Source: Zygnema circumcarinatum SAG 698-1b
Taxonomy: Eukaryota; Plantae; Zygnematophyceae
Direction: 5' to 3'
NCBI GenBank assembly: GCA_037447605.1
Contig: CM074810.1
Span: forward strand, 2,142,880 to 2,206,879
DNA: 64,000 nt
In this document: positions 49,521-64,000 of the stretch, one piece after another
Position numbering within the stretch: the stretch's first letter is position 1
How the letters are laid out: each line of letters opens with the position of its first letter
Position numbers and translations under genes: made by a program
Notes under the pieces: generated by a model
Told to the model about the DNA's origin: nothing
The model's input: only the letters and a program-made list of their open reading frames with translations
The model's database searches: none

Positions 49521-50550
49521 AGGGGAAGGACCCAGATTCAAATTTCGATTGAAAATTGAGCAAGTCTAAAAGGAAAGTCAAGAATTTTCAGCTTTTCCAA
49601 ATTTCGATTGAATCAAAGCGGAAGGTCGCTTCGGTCGACTGTCCGAAGGTCAACGTTCGACATTGCTGTACCATGCATGCAGGTGCTCAAGATTTTAGGG
49701 TTCAGGAAATTAGGGTTTAGGAAGAAGATGTGGGTGTAGGATTTTTCTCGACAGCAATAGAGCACCTTTCAGAGGTAGATTTGCAAGCCCTAATATTTTG
49801 ATTTTGTTCAATTTGTTCCCAGTAAAGGAGTGTCCTTCAAGAAAGGAAAAAAAAAAAAAGGGGATGGAACTGAAAGCCCATCTCTGCAAATGTAACGTTC
49901 ATTTTTTTTGAGCTTTTCTTTTTTTTGTTTTTTGATTCATTCACCTCAAGGACATAATCATAACGAAGCTTTGTGATATGGGGCCGAAATTCTTTTACTT
50001 TGAAATCGGAACCGAAAAATGTAAATGAAATGACGAAACAAAGGCCTAGAAGGGTCAATGTCTAACCCCAAAAAATACTCAGTTTTCAACAACTGTAAAC
50101 CAAAAACACCCCTAAAACCCTGAAAACTCCAAAATGCAGAAATTCTTAAATGAGTTTGAATAGACCCTAACTCACAAAAAAAGGCCCAAACAAAAACTCA
50201 AATGTAATCCTCAAAACCCTAAAAGCCTTACCAAAGGTAGCTCTGACTCAAAGAAAATCAGAGACTAGCCCTAAAAGTAGTAAGACTCCAATCCCAAAAA
50301 TTCCAGAAGCTGACCACACTACTGCTAAAAAAAGACTCTAAAATCTTAGAAAAAACAGCCTATACACAACATTCTCAGAATCTGCAACCCCAACCCTTTC
50401 TCAAGACCTGAAAAAATAGAGAAATAAACTTCTCAAGTTACAAATGCCAACAACCCCAACCCTGACCCTGACCCTAACCTTCCCCCTAACCCTAACCCTA
50501 ATCCTAACCCTAAAATGGCCTAACCTCCTCCTTCCAACCAACCCCAAACC

Positions 50551-50949
50551 CTAAAAATCTCTAAGGAGACTCTTCTTACCCCCCTGCAGCCCCCCTCCTG
50601 CCACGTGCCCCTCCCTCAACTCTCTTCCCCCTGCCACGTGTCTCCTCCTCCAGCACCACTCTCCTCCCCCTATCGCCGCCATGGCTGCCATCACTCCCAC
50701 AGCATCTGCCGCCGCATCCTTCAAAGATCCATGGCTGCCCCAATAGCCCATAGCATCCATGGCCTCCTTTGCAGCTCCCACACTTAACCCTAAAAAAGCT
50801 CCAACTATCAATCTATGCGACTGAAGTATCTGAACTTTTGAAGCACAAACGCAGCCGATTAGGGTTAGGGCCGCGCAGGCGGCCAAGTGTTGGAGCTTGT
50901 CTGGAGCGAACCATGGGTCCGCCGGATCGTCGGGAGGCCATGCATACAT
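50551..50949 (-). CDS. Small intronless membrane protein, YfiM/DUF2279-like family conserved in plants
   Basis: DPWFAPDKLQH motif, hydrophobic segments, GAAKE..D and SLKDAAADAVG motifs. Confidence 0.75.
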   Translation of the reverse strand: MYAWPPDDPADPWFAPDKLQHLAACAALTLIGCVCASKVQILQSHRLIVGAFLGLSVGAAKEAMDAMGYWGSHGSLKDAAADAVGVMAAMAAIGGGEWCWRRRHVAGGRELREGHVAGGGLQGGKKSLLRDF

Positions 50950-50956
50950 GTGAAAT

Positions 50957-51322
50957 TAGGGTTTAGGGTTTTAGGGGTATTCTTAGGCTTCAGGGTTTGA
51001 AGGATGGATCGTTTTGGGGGCCATAACGGTTTTTAGGGTTTTGAGAAATTAGGGTTTTCAAAGTGTTCAGGCCATTGTGGAGGGCGATAGGGTTGGCAGA
51101 GTTTTAGGGTTCAGGGCCTTTCATAGAAGGAGAGAGGGTTCAGAGCCATTTCAGAGTTTTGAATTTGAAGCCCGCGAGGGTTCAGAAAGCGCGAGGAAAT
51201 TTCGTGGCAGTTCCTCCGATAGGAAGTTCCTGTCGCTTTCCCGCCATTTTCAGGGTTCAGGGCCTGTTACCCCCTCTCTCTCTCTCTCTCTTCCCCCCCC
51301 CCCTCTCTCTGTCTCTCTATCT

Positions 51323-51353
<31 letters not shown>

Positions 51354-51370
51354 GCATTAAGAAAACCCTA
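50957..51370. promoter_or_regulatory. Telo-box (AAACCCTA) cluster in the divergent promoter between the small membrane gene and GYRA
   Basis: TAGGGTTT at 50957, 50964, 51034 and 51050; AAACCCTA at 51363. Confidence 0.55.
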
Positions 51371-51863
51371 ATTTCTTCTCTGCCCCAGAAATTTCATTTT
51401 TCCCTTTCTCTCCATTTCTCGCCCCTTCTCCCTCGTCCCCCCCCCCCCCCCACTCTCTTTTTCCTTTTTTTTTATTTTTCTTCCTCCTTTATCGAGACAT
51501 TGCGATCCCAGCATTCGACTCGAGATGTTTCTAACTTCACCTTTCTGCCCCAATTCCCAAAACTGCGAACTTCCTTCACTTTCTTGTCAAATTTGGGCAA
51601 GAAAGCATCGACTGTCGGAGCCAACCATGAATTGGGTGAGTCCCAGCACTCTAACCTGCGCATTATTAAAAAGAAAAGAGTCAAAATGGGGAGGGCGGAG
51701 GAACAAGGACGGGAGGGAGAGGGAGAGCTTCATCTCTTCTCATAACTCTAATCGATTTCAATTGATTTTTATAATTTCATTTTTATTTCCCCTTTGCTTT
51801 TGGCAGAAACAACGAGCAGTACTCTTCCGCCACGCTCTCTTCTCCCCTCCGAGACAAATCCCT

Positions 51864-63106
<11,243 letters not shown>

Positions 63107-63468
63107 CGCAACAACGGAGATAGAGGCACAAGGCAAAACGATGAGAGAGTAGGGCAAAGAGATAGAGGCACAGGGCAAAAAAAAAAATGAGAGAGTAGGG
63201 CAAAGGGAAAGAGGCACATACCAATGTGGTTCAGGAGCATAAGAAAGGGAGATGCAATGGTTAGAGGCACAGCGCAAAAGGAGGCCTTTCAAAATGGATT
63301 AACGTAAGGATACTTTATTCACTTTTTGAATGGTGGTGGCGTTTGGGCATGAGAAGCTTTTGATTGCAGCAGGATTGAGGGAGCCTTATAACATGTAACA
63401 CCCTATGAAAGAGTGCAAATCCTAATCCCTAAAATAGGATTTTTAAGAAAATGCAATTGTTGCAGCTA

Positions 63469-63680
63469 CTATGATTTGCCGTATTTTTCGACTTCTTCGT
63501 CGGGGATTTCCACGGGCCACTTCAATCCTGCTTCCTTGAAGAGCTGCTCCGTCTCCATGACCTCTGCCTGCTTCAAAATTCGTTTCCGCATGTGCTGCAC
63601 CGAGGAAAGCCAGGAAGCATGAGATGATGGAATAAGAAGAAAGATAAGAAGCAAGATGAGACAGAGGGTCAGAGAGAGGG

Positions 63681-63736
<56 letters not shown>

Positions 63737-63755
63737 TCCACTGCATAAAGAGAGA

Positions 63756-63803
<48 letters not shown>

Positions 63804-63890
63804 GAGAGAGAGAGAGGCCACTGCATGCCTCACCTGCGCAGCCATGACTGATCCATCCATCGTCTCCTCCACTCCATTCATGAATGTCAC
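63469..63890 (-). CDS. Last two exons (63834-63890, 63469-63594) of an unidentified gene that continues beyond the window
   Basis: A GT-AG phase-0 join gives VTFMNGVEETMDGSVMAAQ|HMRKRILKQAEVMETEQLFKEAGLKWPVEIPDEEVEKYGKS*. The intron is GA microsatellite. Confidence 0.65.
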
Positions 63891-63938
63891 CTGCCGTACA
63901 TCACTTCTCGTTCATCATCTCCCTGCATGTACTCCTCT

Positions 63939-63981
<43 letters not shown>

Positions 63982-64000
63982 CCCCACACAGACCCACACT

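Overview
Eukaryotic nuclear DNA from a draft assembly with 17 N-gaps. It is probably from a streptophyte green alga: the genes are plant-type, TTTAGGG-like repeats occur, and introns are full of CT/GA microsatellites. The left half (1-31.5 kb) is transposon-rich. It holds two fragments of one Ty3/gypsy family, several Ty1/copia elements and LTRs nested in one another with clear 5-bp target-site duplications (TSDs), and a 1053-bp long-TIR (Mutator-like) element with an 8-bp TSD. These interrupt a tandem array of a unit carrying an intronless orphan multi-pass membrane-protein gene (one intact copy, one pseudogene) and, in one unit, a copy of the UTP15 3' tail. The right half (31.8-64 kb) is gene-dense: UTP15 (-), an At5g58100-like protein (+), a small intronless YfiM/DUF2279-like membrane protein (-), organellar DNA gyrase A (+) and the last exons of an unidentified gene (-). 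Many indels in the left half, and the 26-31 kb duplication/palindrome, may be sequencing or assembly artefacts. All homology calls come from recognising motifs by eye; no database search was run.
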